Shown: one piece after another, positions 37,775-48,475 of the stretch | Layout of the letters: every line of letters starts with the position of its first letter | Numbering within the stretch: the first letter of the stretch is position 1 | Source: Cyanobacteria bacterium P01_A01_bin.123 | GTDB lineage: Bacteria > Cyanobacteriota > Cyanobacteriia > Phormidesmidales > Phormidesmidaceae | DNA: 64,000 nt | Reading direction: 5' to 3' | Assembly: GCA_039815185.1 (NCBI GenBank) | Contig: JBCBZT010000008.1 | Coordinates: 139,260 to 203,259, forward strand | Program-made: the position numbers and the translations under genes | The notes under the pieces: model-generated | The model's input: the letters and a program-made list of their open reading frames with translations, nothing else | What the model was told of the DNA's origin: nothing | Database searches by the model: none

Positions 37775-38574
37775 TTTGGCAACGCCTCCAGCGCCGCCTG
37801 GGCGGACGACCAGCGGTATTCCAAACTGGGGGAAAGCATTTGTTTCAACCAATTGGCAAATTCGGGACTGAGCGCGATTGCAGATTCAAAGTTTATTCTG
37901 AAGCTGTCGGTTTGTAGCTCCGCAGGGGATTTGCCGGTCATCGCATGAACCAGAGTGGCCCCTAAACTATAGAGATCTGATACGGCTAGGGCACGGCCAC
38001 TGGCTTGCTCTGGCGGCATGTAACCATTCACTCCGATCATGGTTAAGGCGGTACTGGTCGTGCCCAGCGATCGCACTGAGCCAAAATCCACCAAATGAAC
38101 CTTGGGTTGATTGCTGCCCTCAACGGGTTCTAGCAGTAAATTGCTGGGGCGAATGTCGCGGTGAACAATGGGGGGGTCGTTTTGGTGTAGGTGGGAGAGA
38201 ATTTCAAGTGCCTTGCGCACGATATAGTTAGCTTCTACTTCATTAAACAACCGTTGTCGCGCCACATAGGCTGCTAGGGACGTACCTTCGATATAGCTTT
38301 CAACCAGCGCTAGGGCTTTACCGTCTCGGGGCATATCGATTTCAAAATAGTCCAGATATCGCGAAGTAGTCGGGTGGTTTAGCAGTTTCAGCGCATCGAC
38401 TTCTCGCTTAAACAGCTTTAAATCGGTTGCTTGCAGGTCGTCATCAATGAACAGTAATTTAACCACGACCAAAACATCATCGGTCAAGTCGCGAGCCAGC
38501 AACGTCCAACGCCCTGAGGTTCGTCCCAGTTGCCGCTCCACTTCGTACCGATTACCCAATATCTGACCTGACAT
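37771..38574 (-). CDS. Ser/Thr protein kinase (catalytic domain only)
   Basis: VVVKLL, HRDIRPSN, DFGS, GYMPPEQ, SDLYSLG. Confidence 0.9.
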   Translation of the reverse strand: MSGQILGNRYEVERQLGRTSGRWTLLARDLTDDVLVVVKLLFIDDDLQATDLKLFKREVDALKLLNHPTTSRYLDYFEIDMPRDGKALALVESYIEGTSLAAYVARQRLFNEVEANYIVRKALEILSHLHQNDPPIVHRDIRPSNLLLEPVEGSNQPKVHLVDFGSVRSLGTTSTALTMIGVNGYMPPEQASGRALAVSDLYSLGATLVHAMTGKSPAELQTDSFRINFESAIALSPEFANWLKQMLSPSLEYRWSSAQAALEALPN

Positions 38575-38605
38575 CGCTCTAAAGGTTCACTCCTATACCT
38601 AGGCT

Positions 38606-38661
38606 ACGTCCAGACCCGTCGTTTTCCCCTGAGATGAAAATCTAGTTTTCAAATCGGATCT
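38606..38661 (+). repeat. ~56-bp repeat family copy C
   Basis: ACGTCCAGACCC...GTTTTCCCC...GAAAATCTAGTTTTCAAATCGGATCT; a degenerate copy D starts at 38774. Confidence 0.7.
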
Positions 38662-38958
38662 GATTGAGCTTGAAGGGCTTGCCCTTGAACTATAAGCTGA
38701 GCTCAGGTACAGTTGCCCTTTGCATTCTGGTTTTAGCATAAACCTGGTTCAAGTTCAGACATCAACCGCTTCCACATCCAGAGCTGGAGTTTTGCTTGGG
38801 GAAAACTCTGCATTGTGAGCTGCACGGGGTTTGGCGGGTTTCCTTTGAAGAAATCCTCTGGGCCCGCACTGGTAGGGGCACTAATCTAAGAAAATTTAGG
38901 TGAATTTAATCTACACGCCGAAACACAGGCTTTTATTAAGAAAAGTTAGCTTAAATCG

Positions 38959-40416
38959 ATGCAACTAAAGGCCGTCCTCCGCAAAGCTCGCCAGTGGTTC
39001 TTTAAAACCCCTGAAAGAGCCCTTGATCAAGCCTATGAAGCCGCCTTGATGATCCAGACCATTGAGCGTGACTATTTTGGTGGCAACCCCATCGGCAGCG
39101 CCTATGGCAACTATGGGCAAAGTGCTCAAGCTTACTTTCGCGGCGAACTGCAAAAGTATCTGAATGTCATCAAACTCAGGATGAGGGAATTTAAGGCTAG
39201 CAGCTCCGTCTTGCGGGTGTCTGATCCCAAAATTATGGAAATCCAGGTGACAGATGCGTCGAGCAATGATTTCACCGTCGATGTGATCGATAAACCTGCC
39301 ATCTTTTTCAGAAAGTTGCGCTTCGTTGATGAGGTAGTGGCCCGCTACGAACGCGCGGCTGAACAAGCTGCCGCACTGGTAACCGTTCAGGAGCAATCAC
39401 AAAATGGGCGTCCCCGAGAAGGGCGCAACGGTCGCCGGAATAACGATACCCCCGCTGACAATTTAGCCCTACCCGCAGGAGACTACCGCCAGCCGCGATC
39501 GCAGCCTGTTGTCACCCCTGCAAATCGGGGTGCAGGCGCGCAAAATGACAATCGGATCGCGTCTTCACAGGAAAATCGTGCTCAGAAAAACGGCTCAAAA
39601 GGGGTTGGCGAAGGCTTGTCAAACCGTGCCAGCTTTTTGCCGCGATCGATTTTAAGAACCGTCGATCGCATTCGCCAAGAGCTCAACCCCCAAGCAGAAA
39701 TCGAAGTCGTCAGAAATTTTCGCAGTTCCAAGGTTAAAACCACCGTTGCCCTCAAATTTGTGCTGCTGCTGATCATCGTGCCGTTGTTGACCCAGCAGTT
39801 CAGCAAAAATTTCATCGTTGGGCCAACGATTGACTGGTTGCGGGGTGAAACCCAGGCTGAAGCATTCCTCAACATTGAAATGGAGGAGGATGCCCTACAC
39901 GAACTGGCTCGATTTGAAGAACGACTGCGGTTTGAAGTGCTGATTGGCAAAGCCCCCCCGCTACCTGAAGATGAAATTGAAGCCTCCGTTCGTGACAAAG
40001 CCACCGAAATTGAAGAAGAATACCGTCACCTCAGTGCCGACGCGGTTAAGAATGTGTTTGCCGATATCTTTGCTGCGATCGCTTTTGGTGTGCTACTCAC
40101 GCTCAGCCGACGGGAAGTGGCCATGCTCAAAGCTTTTATCGATGAGATTGTCTACGGTCTCAGCGACAGTGCAAAAGCCTTTATCATCATTTTGTTTACA
40201 GATACGTTTGTCGGGTTTCACTCTCCCCACGGCTGGGAAATCTTGCTGGAGGGTCTATCACGCCACTTCGGTCTACCCGCCAACCGCGACTTTATCTTCC
40301 TATTTATTGCCACCTTTCCCGTGATCCTCGACACGGTATTCAAATATTGGATTTTCCGCTATCTCAACCGAATTTCACCCTCAGCTGTGGCAACTTACAA
40401 AAACATGAATGAATAA
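38959..40416 (+). CDS. pxcA: Proton extrusion protein PxcA (CemA/Ycf10)
   Basis: TPERALDQAYEAA; LSDSAKAFIIILFTDTFVGFHSPHGWE; FPVILDTVFKYWIFRYLNRISPSAVATY. Confidence 0.95.
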   Translation: MQLKAVLRKARQWFFKTPERALDQAYEAALMIQTIERDYFGGNPIGSAYGNYGQSAQAYFRGELQKYLNVIKLRMREFKASSSVLRVSDPKIMEIQVTDASSNDFTVDVIDKPAIFFRKLRFVDEVVARYERAAEQAAALVTVQEQSQNGRPREGRNGRRNNDTPADNLALPAGDYRQPRSQPVVTPANRGAGAQNDNRIASSQENRAQKNGSKGVGEGLSNRASFLPRSILRTVDRIRQELNPQAEIEVVRNFRSSKVKTTVALKFVLLLIIVPLLTQQFSKNFIVGPTIDWLRGETQAEAFLNIEMEEDALHELARFEERLRFEVLIGKAPPLPEDEIEASVRDKATEIEEEYRHLSADAVKNVFADIFAAIAFGVLLTLSRREVAMLKAFIDEIVYGLSDSAKAFIIILFTDTFVGFHSPHGWEILLEGLSRHFGLPANRDFIFLFIATFPVILDTVFKYWIFRYLNRISPSAVATYKNMNE

Positions 40417-40422
40417 ATCGTT

Positions 40423-40713
40423 TTAGCTATCTCCTAAAATCTTAGGCACCTTAAAGAAATCTTCCTCCCGCTCTGGAGCCGCTTCTAGCAATCCTTCACG
40501 ATTTTCAAAAGATTCTAAACAGTCTGTGCGCGTCACGTTTTTCACGTCGATGGCCCGCGTTGTAGGCTCAACATTGTCTGTGTTGAGTTCGCTTAGCTGC
40601 TCGAAGTAGTCCAAAATATCGCCGAGTTGCCCCGTGAACTGCTCTTCTTCTTCTGGGGTCAACTCTAGTCGGGCTAGGTGAGCAACTTTCCGCACTTGAT
40701 CGGCGTCAATCAT
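40423..40713 (-). CDS. gatC: Asp/Glu-tRNA amidotransferase subunit C
   Basis: [12 protein letters not shown]...VEPT...[15 protein letters not shown]. Confidence 0.96.
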   Translation of the reverse strand: MIDADQVRKVAHLARLELTPEEEEQFTGQLGDILDYFEQLSELNTDNVEPTTRAIDVKNVTRTDCLESFENREGLLEAAPEREEDFFKVPKILGDS

Positions 40714-40742
40714 AGGTCTTCAAATCAGGTCACACAACTGGT

Positions 40743-41264
40743 CTAAAAGAACACATCAGCCTTCATTCGCCCGGTATTTTTCAACCAATTTTGGGCTTCG
40801 ATGTAGTTGTTGGGTGCGATGCGGATGGCTTCGAGCCAGTACTGGGCCGCTTCATCATACATGGCATCAGCAGTTTGCTTATCGCGCTTAGCCTCGGCTT
40901 GCTCACCCTTATAGTGATAGATCACGGCCATGTTATTGAGCGCCTGACACATGCGAGGATTCAGGTCAAGGGATTCGCGGTAGCGCTCTAAGGCTTTTTC
41001 ATGTTCACCGTTGCTGGCATGAATCAAGCCCATATTGTAAAGAATAAAGCTGCGATCGTAGGGATCTTCCTCTAGGGTGAGGGCTTCCTCATAGTTTTCC
41101 ATGGCTTCGGCATATTCGCCATCGGCTTGGGCCGACATGCCGTCGCGATAGTAGGCAAAGGCTTCTTTGGCCTGTTGCTTAGCGGGCAGCACCTTAAGAA
41201 TCAAGTCTGCCATGACGGTAAAAGACTTATCGATAAAGTTGTCGTTGCGCTGGGTTCTGGGCAT
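40743..41264 (-). CDS. ycf3: Photosystem I assembly protein Ycf3
   Basis: [24 protein letters not shown]...[10 protein letters not shown]. Confidence 0.98.
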   Translation of the reverse strand: MPRTQRNDNFIDKSFTVMADLILKVLPAKQQAKEAFAYYRDGMSAQADGEYAEAMENYEEALTLEEDPYDRSFILYNMGLIHASNGEHEKALERYRESLDLNPRMCQALNNMAVIYHYKGEQAEAKRDKQTADAMYDEAAQYWLEAIRIAPNNYIEAQNWLKNTGRMKADVFF

Positions 41265-41382
41265 AAAAGACCTCGGCAATAGCAGCGATCAAAACTGCAT
41301 ATCAAATACGCTCCCCTCACTTTAGCGCTGGTGCGGTCACAGGGGCTACTCGCTTGCAGCAAAAGTTATCCGCCAGCACCTG

Positions 41383-41535
41383 CCGATTTTAGATTTGCGA
41401 TTTTGGATTTTGGATCATCGGCAATCCACTCGTACCGCCCTCCTCCCCATCGCCCCGTCCCTCCATCTCCCCATCCCCCCATCTCCTCATCCCCCCGTCC
41501 CTCCATCTCCCCTCCTCTCTTTCCTTCCCCTTCCC
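41383..41535. repeat. Short tandem repeats (7-mer GATTTTG-like; 8-mer CCCCATCC-like)
   Basis: CCGATTTTAGATTTGCGATTTTGGATTTTGGAT, then a degenerate C-rich octamer array. Confidence 0.75.
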
Positions 41536-41579
41536 GAGCTTTTCACCTACCTTATAAAAGTGCTCTGAAAGGAATAGCT

Positions 41580-42215
41580 GTGTCTTTACACGCGATCGCC
41601 CCAAAGTTGCCCCAGTCCGAAACCGCAGACAAATTGCTGGTCATGCTCCACGGCTGGGGCGCTAACGCTAATGATCTCGCAGGCTTGGCCACATACCTTG
41701 ACTTACCCGGCTATCGCCTGTGCTTCCCCGATGCCCCGTTTGCCCATCCCCAAGTCCCCGGGGGCCGCATGTGGTATGGCTTTCCTCTCGGGTATGACTT
41801 TCGTAGCCCCCCCGACTTTGCAGCCCAGCCGGATTTACAAGCGAGTCGTCAACGCCTGATTGATTGGCTTAAAGACACCACTGAGGCTATCAACATTCCC
41901 CTATCGCGGACGGTGCTCGCAGGATTCTCCCAGGGGGGGGCCATGACTTTAGATGTCGGGCCTCAGTTACCGCTGGCTGGAATGATGATATTGAGTGGTT
42001 ATCTCCACGGTGCACTGCATCCCGCATCATCAGTCGCGCCAGTGTTGATGGTGCATGGCCGTCATGATCCGGTCGTGCCTCTGGCCATGGCCCAGGCAGC
42101 CCAGGCTACATTAATCGATCAGGGCGTCTCAGTGCAGTACCACGAGATTAACATGGGGCATGAAGTGCAACTTGAAGTGCTGACTCTAATGCAAAGATTT
42201 TGCGAAGATTTATAG
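41580..42215 (+). CDS. Alpha/beta hydrolase (phospholipase/carboxylesterase)
   Basis: LHGWGAN, GFSQGG, HGRHDPVVP, MGHE; GTG start inferred. Confidence 0.9.
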   Translation: MSLHAIAPKLPQSETADKLLVMLHGWGANANDLAGLATYLDLPGYRLCFPDAPFAHPQVPGGRMWYGFPLGYDFRSPPDFAAQPDLQASRQRLIDWLKDTTEAINIPLSRTVLAGFSQGGAMTLDVGPQLPLAGMMILSGYLHGALHPASSVAPVLMVHGRHDPVVPLAMAQAAQATLIDQGVSVQYHEINMGHEVQLEVLTLMQRFCEDL

Positions 42216-42352
42216 TGAGCTTCATCAACGAACCATGAGTCTCGAATTAGGATAGGGATAAATCAGCGGTATTGCTTTTCGGTTTCGACGCTGGGTTAAG
42301 TTTAGAGATCAAGCGAATTGACCTAAAAAATATCGCTCCGGGGGGGAAGACT

Positions 42353-42568
42353 ATGAATCACGCACTGCACTTATCTGACCAAAACATTTCTGCTATGACC
42401 CAAGAGTCAGTGGCAGAACTTGCTAAGCGCCTTGAACAAGATGCCTACGACAACGCCTTTGAGGGGTTGAGAGATTGGCATCTGTTGAGGGCGATCGCGT
42501 TCCAGCGACCTGAAATGGCAACGTCCTATGTTCATCTCCTAGACATCGAACCGTTCGACGAAGCATAG
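42353..42568 (+). CDS. DUF2555 family protein
   Basis: [35 protein letters not shown]; upstream of coaBC. Confidence 0.8.
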   Translation: MNHALHLSDQNISAMTQESVAELAKRLEQDAYDNAFEGLRDWHLLRAIAFQRPEMATSYVHLLDIEPFDEA

Positions 42569-42597
42569 TTCGCATCAGGGGCGATGGTGCGACTGCG

Positions 42598-43809
42598 ATG
42601 GCGCGAATTCTGTTGGGTGTCGGTGGTGGAATAGCCGCCTACAAGATTTGCCAGGTCGCCTCGACGCTTGCTCAGCAAGGCGTCGAAGTTCGGGCTGTGC
42701 TAACCCAGGCAGCGCAGCGGTTTATTGCACCGCTGACGTTTTCAACGTTATGTCGCCACCGAGCCTACATTGATGACGACTTTTGGCGTGCAACATCATC
42801 TCGCCCGCTACACATTGAGCTGGGAGAATGGGCCGATGTGATGCTGATTGCACCCCTGACCGCTCATACGCTCGGCAAGTTAGTTCACGGCTTGGCCGAC
42901 AATTTGTTGACCAATACTGTTTTGGCTTCAACCTGCCCAGTTTTGATTGCCCCGGCGATGAATACAGACATGTGGCAACAGGCCGCTGTCCAGCGTAACT
43001 GGCAGGCGCTTGGTCAAGACTTGCGGTATCACAGCGTAGCGCCTGGGGTAGGCCGATTGGCCTGCGATCGCGTCGGCAAAGGCCGCATGGCAGAACCGAT
43101 GGAAATTTTGCCTTACCTGCGATCGCTGCTGATCACCCAAGGCCAACGCGATCTGGCAGGAAAACAGGTTTTGATCAGCACCGGCAGCACCCACGAATAT
43201 TGGGATGCGGTGCGGTTTATCGGCAACCCATCAACGGGCAAAATGGGCTTTGCACTGGCCCAAGCAGCTAGCCATCGGGGCGCTGAAGTAACCCTAGTAC
43301 ATGGGCCAATTGACGCTGATTTATTACAAACGGTATCTAACATTCGCGCGATCGCCGTGACCAGTGCCCACGAGATGCGACAGCAGCTTTTAGCCGCACT
43401 GCCCCAGGCAGACTGGATTGTGATGGCAGCAGCGGTGGCGGATGTTGCCCCAGCCCAGCGGGTCATCGCTAAACTGCCCAAAGCCAAACTCCCTGACGCA
43501 TTACCCCTGCAAACTGTCCCAGATATTGCCGCTGAACTGGGTCAGCGCAAACAGCCCCACCAGCGCCTGGTCGGATTTGCAGCCCAGACGGGGGATATCG
43601 TTGCTCCCGCATTGGCTAAACTCCAGCAGAAACAGCTAGACGCTATCGTGGCAAATCCGATTGATCAAACCGACAGTGGCTTTGGTAGCGAGACCAATCA
43701 GGCAGTTTTCATCGATCGACAGGGACATCAGTCGGCTATCGATTTGATGTCAAAGCTAGAGATGGCCCACGAAATTCTCAGCCGTGTTCAGCAGTTGCAG
43801 GGTCAATGA
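42598..43809 (+). CDS. coaBC: Phosphopantothenoylcysteine decarboxylase/synthase
   Basis: [52 protein letters not shown]. Confidence 0.96.
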   Translation: MARILLGVGGGIAAYKICQVASTLAQQGVEVRAVLTQAAQRFIAPLTFSTLCRHRAYIDDDFWRATSSRPLHIELGEWADVMLIAPLTAHTLGKLVHGLADNLLTNTVLASTCPVLIAPAMNTDMWQQAAVQRNWQALGQDLRYHSVAPGVGRLACDRVGKGRMAEPMEILPYLRSLLITQGQRDLAGKQVLISTGSTHEYWDAVRFIGNPSTGKMGFALAQAASHRGAEVTLVHGPIDADLLQTVSNIRAIAVTSAHEMRQQLLAALPQADWIVMAAAVADVAPAQRVIAKLPKAKLPDALPLQTVPDIAAELGQRKQPHQRLVGFAAQTGDIVAPALAKLQQKQLDAIVANPIDQTDSGFGSETNQAVFIDRQGHQSAIDLMSKLEMAHEILSRVQQLQGQ

Positions 43810-44443
43810 GGGTAAACACGCTGCGGAAAACGGGCAACTTGTTTTCCAGCGTCATTATTTCCCGCTCCGTCATGGCTGGAAACGGGCTCTCGGGTTCCCA
43901 GTGTTGACTGCGCCGTTGAAAGCGGGGATGCTCATTAAAGCGATCGCTCATATCCACAGCCACCGACTCCACGTCGGACTGGAGCACCACTTCACTACCC
44001 AGTGGCATCAGCGTCACGAGTTCAGCCACGAGTTCTGGCTGCACAACCCGCCGTTTTTGATGACGCTTCTTAAACCACGGATCAGGAAACTGGATACTGA
44101 CCCGTTGCAAAGGACAATTGGGCCAGTTGGCAAAGAGCGCCGTTAGCGTTGTATTGACATTGCAAAAAATAAAGTGGACATTCGCCAGGGCACTGTTATC
44201 TCGGTGCGCTAGAGCCTGAGTCACCAGGGGTTGACGAATTTCTAACCCCAAATAATTCCAGGCAGGCTGTTGATCGGCCATTTGAAACAAAAATCGGCCC
44301 CGCCCGCAGCCAATATCTAGGTGCAAGGGTTGCGCCAGTTGCCCATAGACGGTAGCCCAGTCTGGCGGTTCTACCAAGAACCGATACTTGTCACTCAGGG
44401 GATTAACGTGTTGACGAACCCGAACCGCAGCCAAGGGATACAA
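43778..44443 (-). CDS. trmB: tRNA (guanine-N7)-methyltransferase
   Basis: [41 protein letters not shown]. Confidence 0.96.
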   Translation of the reverse strand: MYPLAAVRVRQHVNPLSDKYRFLVEPPDWATVYGQLAQPLHLDIGCGRGRFLFQMADQQPAWNYLGLEIRQPLVTQALAHRDNSALANVHFIFCNVNTTLTALFANWPNCPLQRVSIQFPDPWFKKRHQKRRVVQPELVAELVTLMPLGSEVVLQSDVESVAVDMSDRFNEHPRFQRRSQHWEPESPFPAMTEREIMTLENKLPVFRSVFTLIDPATAEHG

Positions 44444-44554
44444 ACCTCCAAAGTTTCCAGGACAGGATTTCTCTAAGGGCAGAGTTTTTCTCGAAACCAG
44501 CTAGGCTGGAAAAGATTAGCCTTGCTTATTGACCTTAGTACCAAATCACAAACC

Positions 44555-45673
44555 ATGGGCGTTCAGTTTCGCTTTGGCATCATTAGCGATTTACATATCG
44601 CCTTACCCCATACGATTTGGGATATTCCGAACCGCTTTCATCTCGTCGAAGTCAGCACCCACGCCCTAGAACAGGCGTTAGCCCACCTGGTTCAACTCGA
44701 CTTAGATTTTTTGCTGTTACCGGGTGATTTAACCCAGCACGGTGAAGGCGACAACCACGAGTGGTTAGTGGCAAGACTCAGCCAACTGCCCTTTCCAGTC
44801 TACGTGGTTCCTGGCAATCACGATATTGTTCAGGCCCAGGCCCAGGCGGGTCGGATTGGCCTGAGCGATTTTCCCAAACGCTATGAAAAATTTGGCTACG
44901 GCCAGTCTGCTCAGCCTTACTATGTCGAGACCTTGCTACCTGGGGTGAATCTGATCGGCCTCAATTCCATTGCCTTTGACGACAGCGGACAACAGCTGCC
45001 AACGGGATGGATGGATGAGCAGCAGCTTGATTGGCTAGCAGACACTTTAACCTGCTTAGCGGATCAGTTCACGCTAGTGATGATTCACCACAACGTATTG
45101 GAGCATTTACCCCAACAATCGAAAAGCCCCCTTGGTCAACGTTACATGCTGAAAAACGCTGACCGGCTGCTGGCCTGTTTGCAAGGCACTGGGGCTAAGT
45201 TGATCTTGACCGGCCATCTCCACGTCCAAGATGTGGCGCGTAACTCAGAAATCTGCGAGATCACGACCGGATCTCTGGTCAGCTATCCCCATCCCTACCG
45301 AGTGGTGCGGATCAGCCAGCAAGACAACCCTCAAGATAATTCCCAGTGGCAAGTCGAGATTGAATCTCACACCATTCAATCAGTGCCAGGATGGCCCGAT
45401 CTACCAACGCGATCGCGGCAGTGGATGAGCGATCGCTCCTTTCCTTTCATGATGAAACTGCTGACTCGCCCACCCCTTTCCTTGCCAGAGGCAGAGGCTG
45501 CGCACATTGCCCCCGATTTACGGGATTTTTGGGCTACCATCGCGGCTGGCGACAGCCAGTTTGACGTATCTGCCCTACCCCGCCGAGTGCAGCGCTACTT
45601 TGAGCCGTTTAATGTCCCAATCGTCGACGGCAAGCCCCAGACTATCGACAACTTCGCCACCTTATCTCTGTAG
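44555..45673 (+). CDS. Metallophosphoesterase (Icc/CpdA-like)
   Basis: SDLH, PGDLT, PGNHD, HHN, TGHLH. Confidence 0.9.
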   Translation: MGVQFRFGIISDLHIALPHTIWDIPNRFHLVEVSTHALEQALAHLVQLDLDFLLLPGDLTQHGEGDNHEWLVARLSQLPFPVYVVPGNHDIVQAQAQAGRIGLSDFPKRYEKFGYGQSAQPYYVETLLPGVNLIGLNSIAFDDSGQQLPTGWMDEQQLDWLADTLTCLADQFTLVMIHHNVLEHLPQQSKSPLGQRYMLKNADRLLACLQGTGAKLILTGHLHVQDVARNSEICEITTGSLVSYPHPYRVVRISQQDNPQDNSQWQVEIESHTIQSVPGWPDLPTRSRQWMSDRSFPFMMKLLTRPPLSLPEAEAAHIAPDLRDFWATIAAGDSQFDVSALPRRVQRYFEPFNVPIVDGKPQTIDNFATLSL

Positions 45674-45679
45674 GTTCGC

Positions 45680-45800
45680 GCACTCTGCATGCCCTCTTTG
45701 CATATGTGCCCGGAGGGCTTTAAGCCCTGATTCTGGAGGACTTTGAGAGATTTATTCCCTCAGAATTAGGGGCTCAATCATACCGCTATTCAGCAACACC
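45680..45800 (-). mobile_element. Partial inverted copy of the 8208-8379 MITE-like element
   Basis: Reverse complement GGTGTTGCTGAATAGCGGTATGAT...TCAAAGTCC...GGGCTTAAAGCCCTCCGGGCACA...GCAGAGT aligns with 8208-8340. Confidence 0.75.
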
Positions 45801-45831
45801 CAGAAACTCGAGATTGCAACAGTGTTGATAC

Positions 45832-45895
45832 TTGACACTTTTGAATAGTACATTTATTCTGTATTTAACCGCGCGGTTAAATACAGAATAAATGT
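45832..45895 (+). promoter_or_regulatory. Sigma70-type promoter overlapped by a 46-bp perfect palindrome (likely ArsR operator)
   Basis: TTGACA(45832)-N17-TATTCT; palindrome ACATTTATTCTGTATTTAACCGC|GCGGTTAAATACAGAATAAATGT at 45850-45895. Confidence 0.75.
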
Positions 45896-46245
45896 CAACT
45901 GACTCATTGAGTGTTACGTTTTCTGCCCTTGCTGATCCCACGCGGCGGGCAATCTTGGCTCACCTTGCCAGAGGTGAAGCATCGGTTAATGAAATAGCCG
46001 AACCTTTTAATATCAGTCTGCCGGCCATTTCTAAACACCTCAAGGTGTTAGAGAGGGCACAGCTGATCACACGCAGTCGTGAAGCACAATGGCGGCCCTG
46101 CCGATTTCAGGCCGCCCCCTTAAAAGACGCCTCAGAGTGGATCGCGCAGTATCGCCAATGTTGGGACGAGAGTTTTGATCGCTTAGACGACTACTTACAA
46201 AAATTGCAATCTCAGGAGAAAAAAGATGACTCAAGACAAGATTGA
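45892..46245 (+). CDS. ArsR/SmtB-family transcriptional regulator
   Basis: FSALADPTRRAIL...ISLPAISKHLKVLERA.L..R. Confidence 0.93.
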   Translation: MSTDSLSVTFSALADPTRRAILAHLARGEASVNEIAEPFNISLPAISKHLKVLERAQLITRSREAQWRPCRFQAAPLKDASEWIAQYRQCWDESFDRLDDYLQKLQSQEKKDDSRQD

Positions 46246-46717
46246 CCCGTCTGAACTTGAAATCGTAATCACTCGCGTTTTCAATGCGCCACGGGAACTG
46301 GTGTTCCAAGCGTGGACTGAGCCAGACCATATCGCTCAGTGGTGGGGGCCAAAAGGGTTTACGACACGAGTGACTGAATTAGACCTGCGCCCCGGCGGCA
46401 CCTGGCGCTATGTCATGACTAGCCCAGAGGGCAAAGAGTATCCAGTTAAAGGCGTCTTCCGCGAAATTATCCCGCCTGAGCGGCTCGTGACTACCGATAG
46501 ATTCGATGGAGTATATGAGCAGGGCACAGATCTGCCTCAAGAAATGGTCACAACAGCTGCCTTTGAAGACTTGGGTAACCAAACAAAGCTGATATTGACA
46601 ACAACACATCCCTCGGTTGAAGAACGTCGCAAGCATGAGGACATGGGGGCGATCGGCGGATGGAACTCTAGCTTTGATCGATTGAAAGACTATTTAGGAA
46701 ACAAAATGGCCGGGTAA
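46226..46717 (+). CDS. SRPBCC/AHSA1 domain protein
   Basis: ITRVFNAPRELVFQAWT...WWGPKG...DLRPGG. Confidence 0.93.
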   Translation: MTQDKIDPSELEIVITRVFNAPRELVFQAWTEPDHIAQWWGPKGFTTRVTELDLRPGGTWRYVMTSPEGKEYPVKGVFREIIPPERLVTTDRFDGVYEQGTDLPQEMVTTAAFEDLGNQTKLILTTTHPSVEERRKHEDMGAIGGWNSSFDRLKDYLGNKMAG

Positions 46718-46736
46718 TTTGCGGGTGGTTTGACCC

Positions 46737-47981
46737 ATGACTGGCAACGAACTCAATCACATCCGAGCGCAGGTAGATGCTATCTATCGGGCTGAGTCAC
46801 GTCGGGTTTTTGCAACCCTAATTCGATTGTTGGGGGACTTTAACCTGGCCGAAGAGGCGATGCACGATGCCTTTACAGCAGCAACGATGCAGTGGCCACG
46901 CGATGGCATGCCCGCGAATCCTCGAACCTGGCTTGTTTCAGTGGGTCGCTTTAAGGCGATTGATACGATTCGCCGCCGCGCTCGCTTCGACGCATCTCTA
47001 TCAGAACTGGCTCAGCGCCTTAATCCCAGTGATAACCCCATAGCAGAAGACGAAGAACTGGAGGACGATCGGCTGCGACTGATCTTTACCTGCTGTCATC
47101 CGGCGCTCTCGCCAGAAGCTCAGGTGGCGCTGACGCTGCGGGAAGTCTGCGGGCTCACCACGGAGGAAATCGCTAGCGCCTTCTTGATTGCAGCTCCCAC
47201 GCTGGCACAGCGGATCGTGCGTGCTAAGGCAAAAATTCGAGACGCCCACATTACCTATCAGGTCCCGTCCGGGGATGAGTTACCAGCAAGATTGGACACG
47301 GTGCTCCAAGTGATCTATCTGGTCTTCAACGAAGGCTATGCAGCCTCATCTGGCGCGTCGCTGACGCGGGCCGATCTCTCAACAGAGGCCATCCGTTTAG
47401 GGCGATTGGTCACGGCGCTGCTGCCAGATGCTGAGGTGAGGGGGTTACTGGCCCTAATGTTGCTGCAAGACTCTCGGCGCACCACTCGCACATCACCCAC
47501 AGGCGACCTGATCTTGCTAGGAGACCAGGATCGCTCACGCTGGAACCATCAGCTAATTGCTGAAGGCGAGGCGCTAGTGCAGCAGGCGCTATCTTCAAGG
47601 CAGGTGGGGTCTTATACGCTACAGGCTGCGATCGCAGCTGTCCACGCCCAAGCATCAGAGGCAGCCACAACCGACTGGGCAAAGATCGTGGCTCTGTATG
47701 ACCTGCTGACGCGAGTCGAGCCATCGCCTGTTGTGCTTCTAAATCGGGCCGTAGCTGTCGCGATGCGGGATGGCCCGTCAGCAGGATTGCGACTGATTGA
47801 CAAAATCTTGGCGCAGGGTGATCTAGCCAACTACCATCTGGCACATGCAGCCCGAGCCGATTTGTATCGACGGCTGGGTAGAACAGCTGAGGCCAAGGAT
47901 GCCTACCAGCAAGCGTTGACTCTGGTAAAGCAAGCATCGGAACGCCGTTTTCTGGAAGGACGACTGCGCGAGTTGGGCTAA
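46737..47981 (+). CDS. ECF sigma factor with C-terminal TPR extension (ECF42-like)
   Basis: [45 protein letters not shown]; 414 aa; neighbours DGPF proteins. Confidence 0.9.
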   Translation: MTGNELNHIRAQVDAIYRAESRRVFATLIRLLGDFNLAEEAMHDAFTAATMQWPRDGMPANPRTWLVSVGRFKAIDTIRRRARFDASLSELAQRLNPSDNPIAEDEELEDDRLRLIFTCCHPALSPEAQVALTLREVCGLTTEEIASAFLIAAPTLAQRIVRAKAKIRDAHITYQVPSGDELPARLDTVLQVIYLVFNEGYAASSGASLTRADLSTEAIRLGRLVTALLPDAEVRGLLALMLLQDSRRTTRTSPTGDLILLGDQDRSRWNHQLIAEGEALVQQALSSRQVGSYTLQAAIAAVHAQASEAATTDWAKIVALYDLLTRVEPSPVVLLNRAVAVAMRDGPSAGLRLIDKILAQGDLANYHLAHAARADLYRRLGRTAEAKDAYQQALTLVKQASERRFLEGRLRELG

Positions 47982-47998
47982 AAAATTTTTTGGCGCAC

Positions 47999-48025
47999 TG
48001 TCGATTTGCGACTCCCCCAGACGAC
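47999..48025 (+). promoter_or_regulatory. ECF42-type promoter (TGTCGA-N17-CGAC)
   Basis: TGTCGA at 47999 and CGAC at 48022, directly upstream of a DGPF/YciI gene. Confidence 0.6.
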
Positions 48026-48070
48026 TACTGGATGAAAGCGATAATTTTCAACCCATATCTGGAGGTCACA

Positions 48071-48453
48071 ATGAAATTTATCTGCCTGGGATACCTGGAC
48101 GAAACGCATTGGGATGCCATGTCTAAAGCCGAGCAAACGACTTTTATGGAGACGTGCTTGGCCTACGACGATGAACTGCGCCGGGGGGGACACTTTATTG
48201 GGGGAGAAGCCCTTCAAAGTATCCGGAATGCTGCGACACTACGGTATCAGCGTGAGTCACAGACGGGCCCTATGCCGAAACCAAAGAGCAACTCGGCGGC
48301 ATTCTACTACTTGAAGCCAGAGATCTAAACCACGCCATCCACCTGATGTCCCAGCATCCGGGTGTGCGCATTGGCCCCTTCGAGATTCGCCCAGCGGATG
48401 AGGAGATCAACGCGCTTGTCGGAAGTGGCATCAGCGTTCAGCAGGAAGTTTAA
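48071..48453 (+). pseudogene. YciI/DGPF-family gene, frameshifted
   Basis: MKFICLGY...AATLRYQ, then in another frame [27 protein letters not shown]...PFEIRP...*; break near 48250. Confidence 0.85.
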
Positions 48454-48475
48454 GGTCAATAAAGGAGAAATTGTC

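Noticed and set aside
41331..41579. Pro-rich N-terminal extension of the esterase and the antisense 71-aa ORF
   Set aside because: Derived from intergenic 7- and 8-mer tandem repeats; family similarity starts at the GTG at 41580.
45846..45861. LexA-like word TAGTACATTTATTCTG before the ArsR gene
   Set aside because: Weaker match, and better explained as part of the promoter and the 46-bp palindrome.
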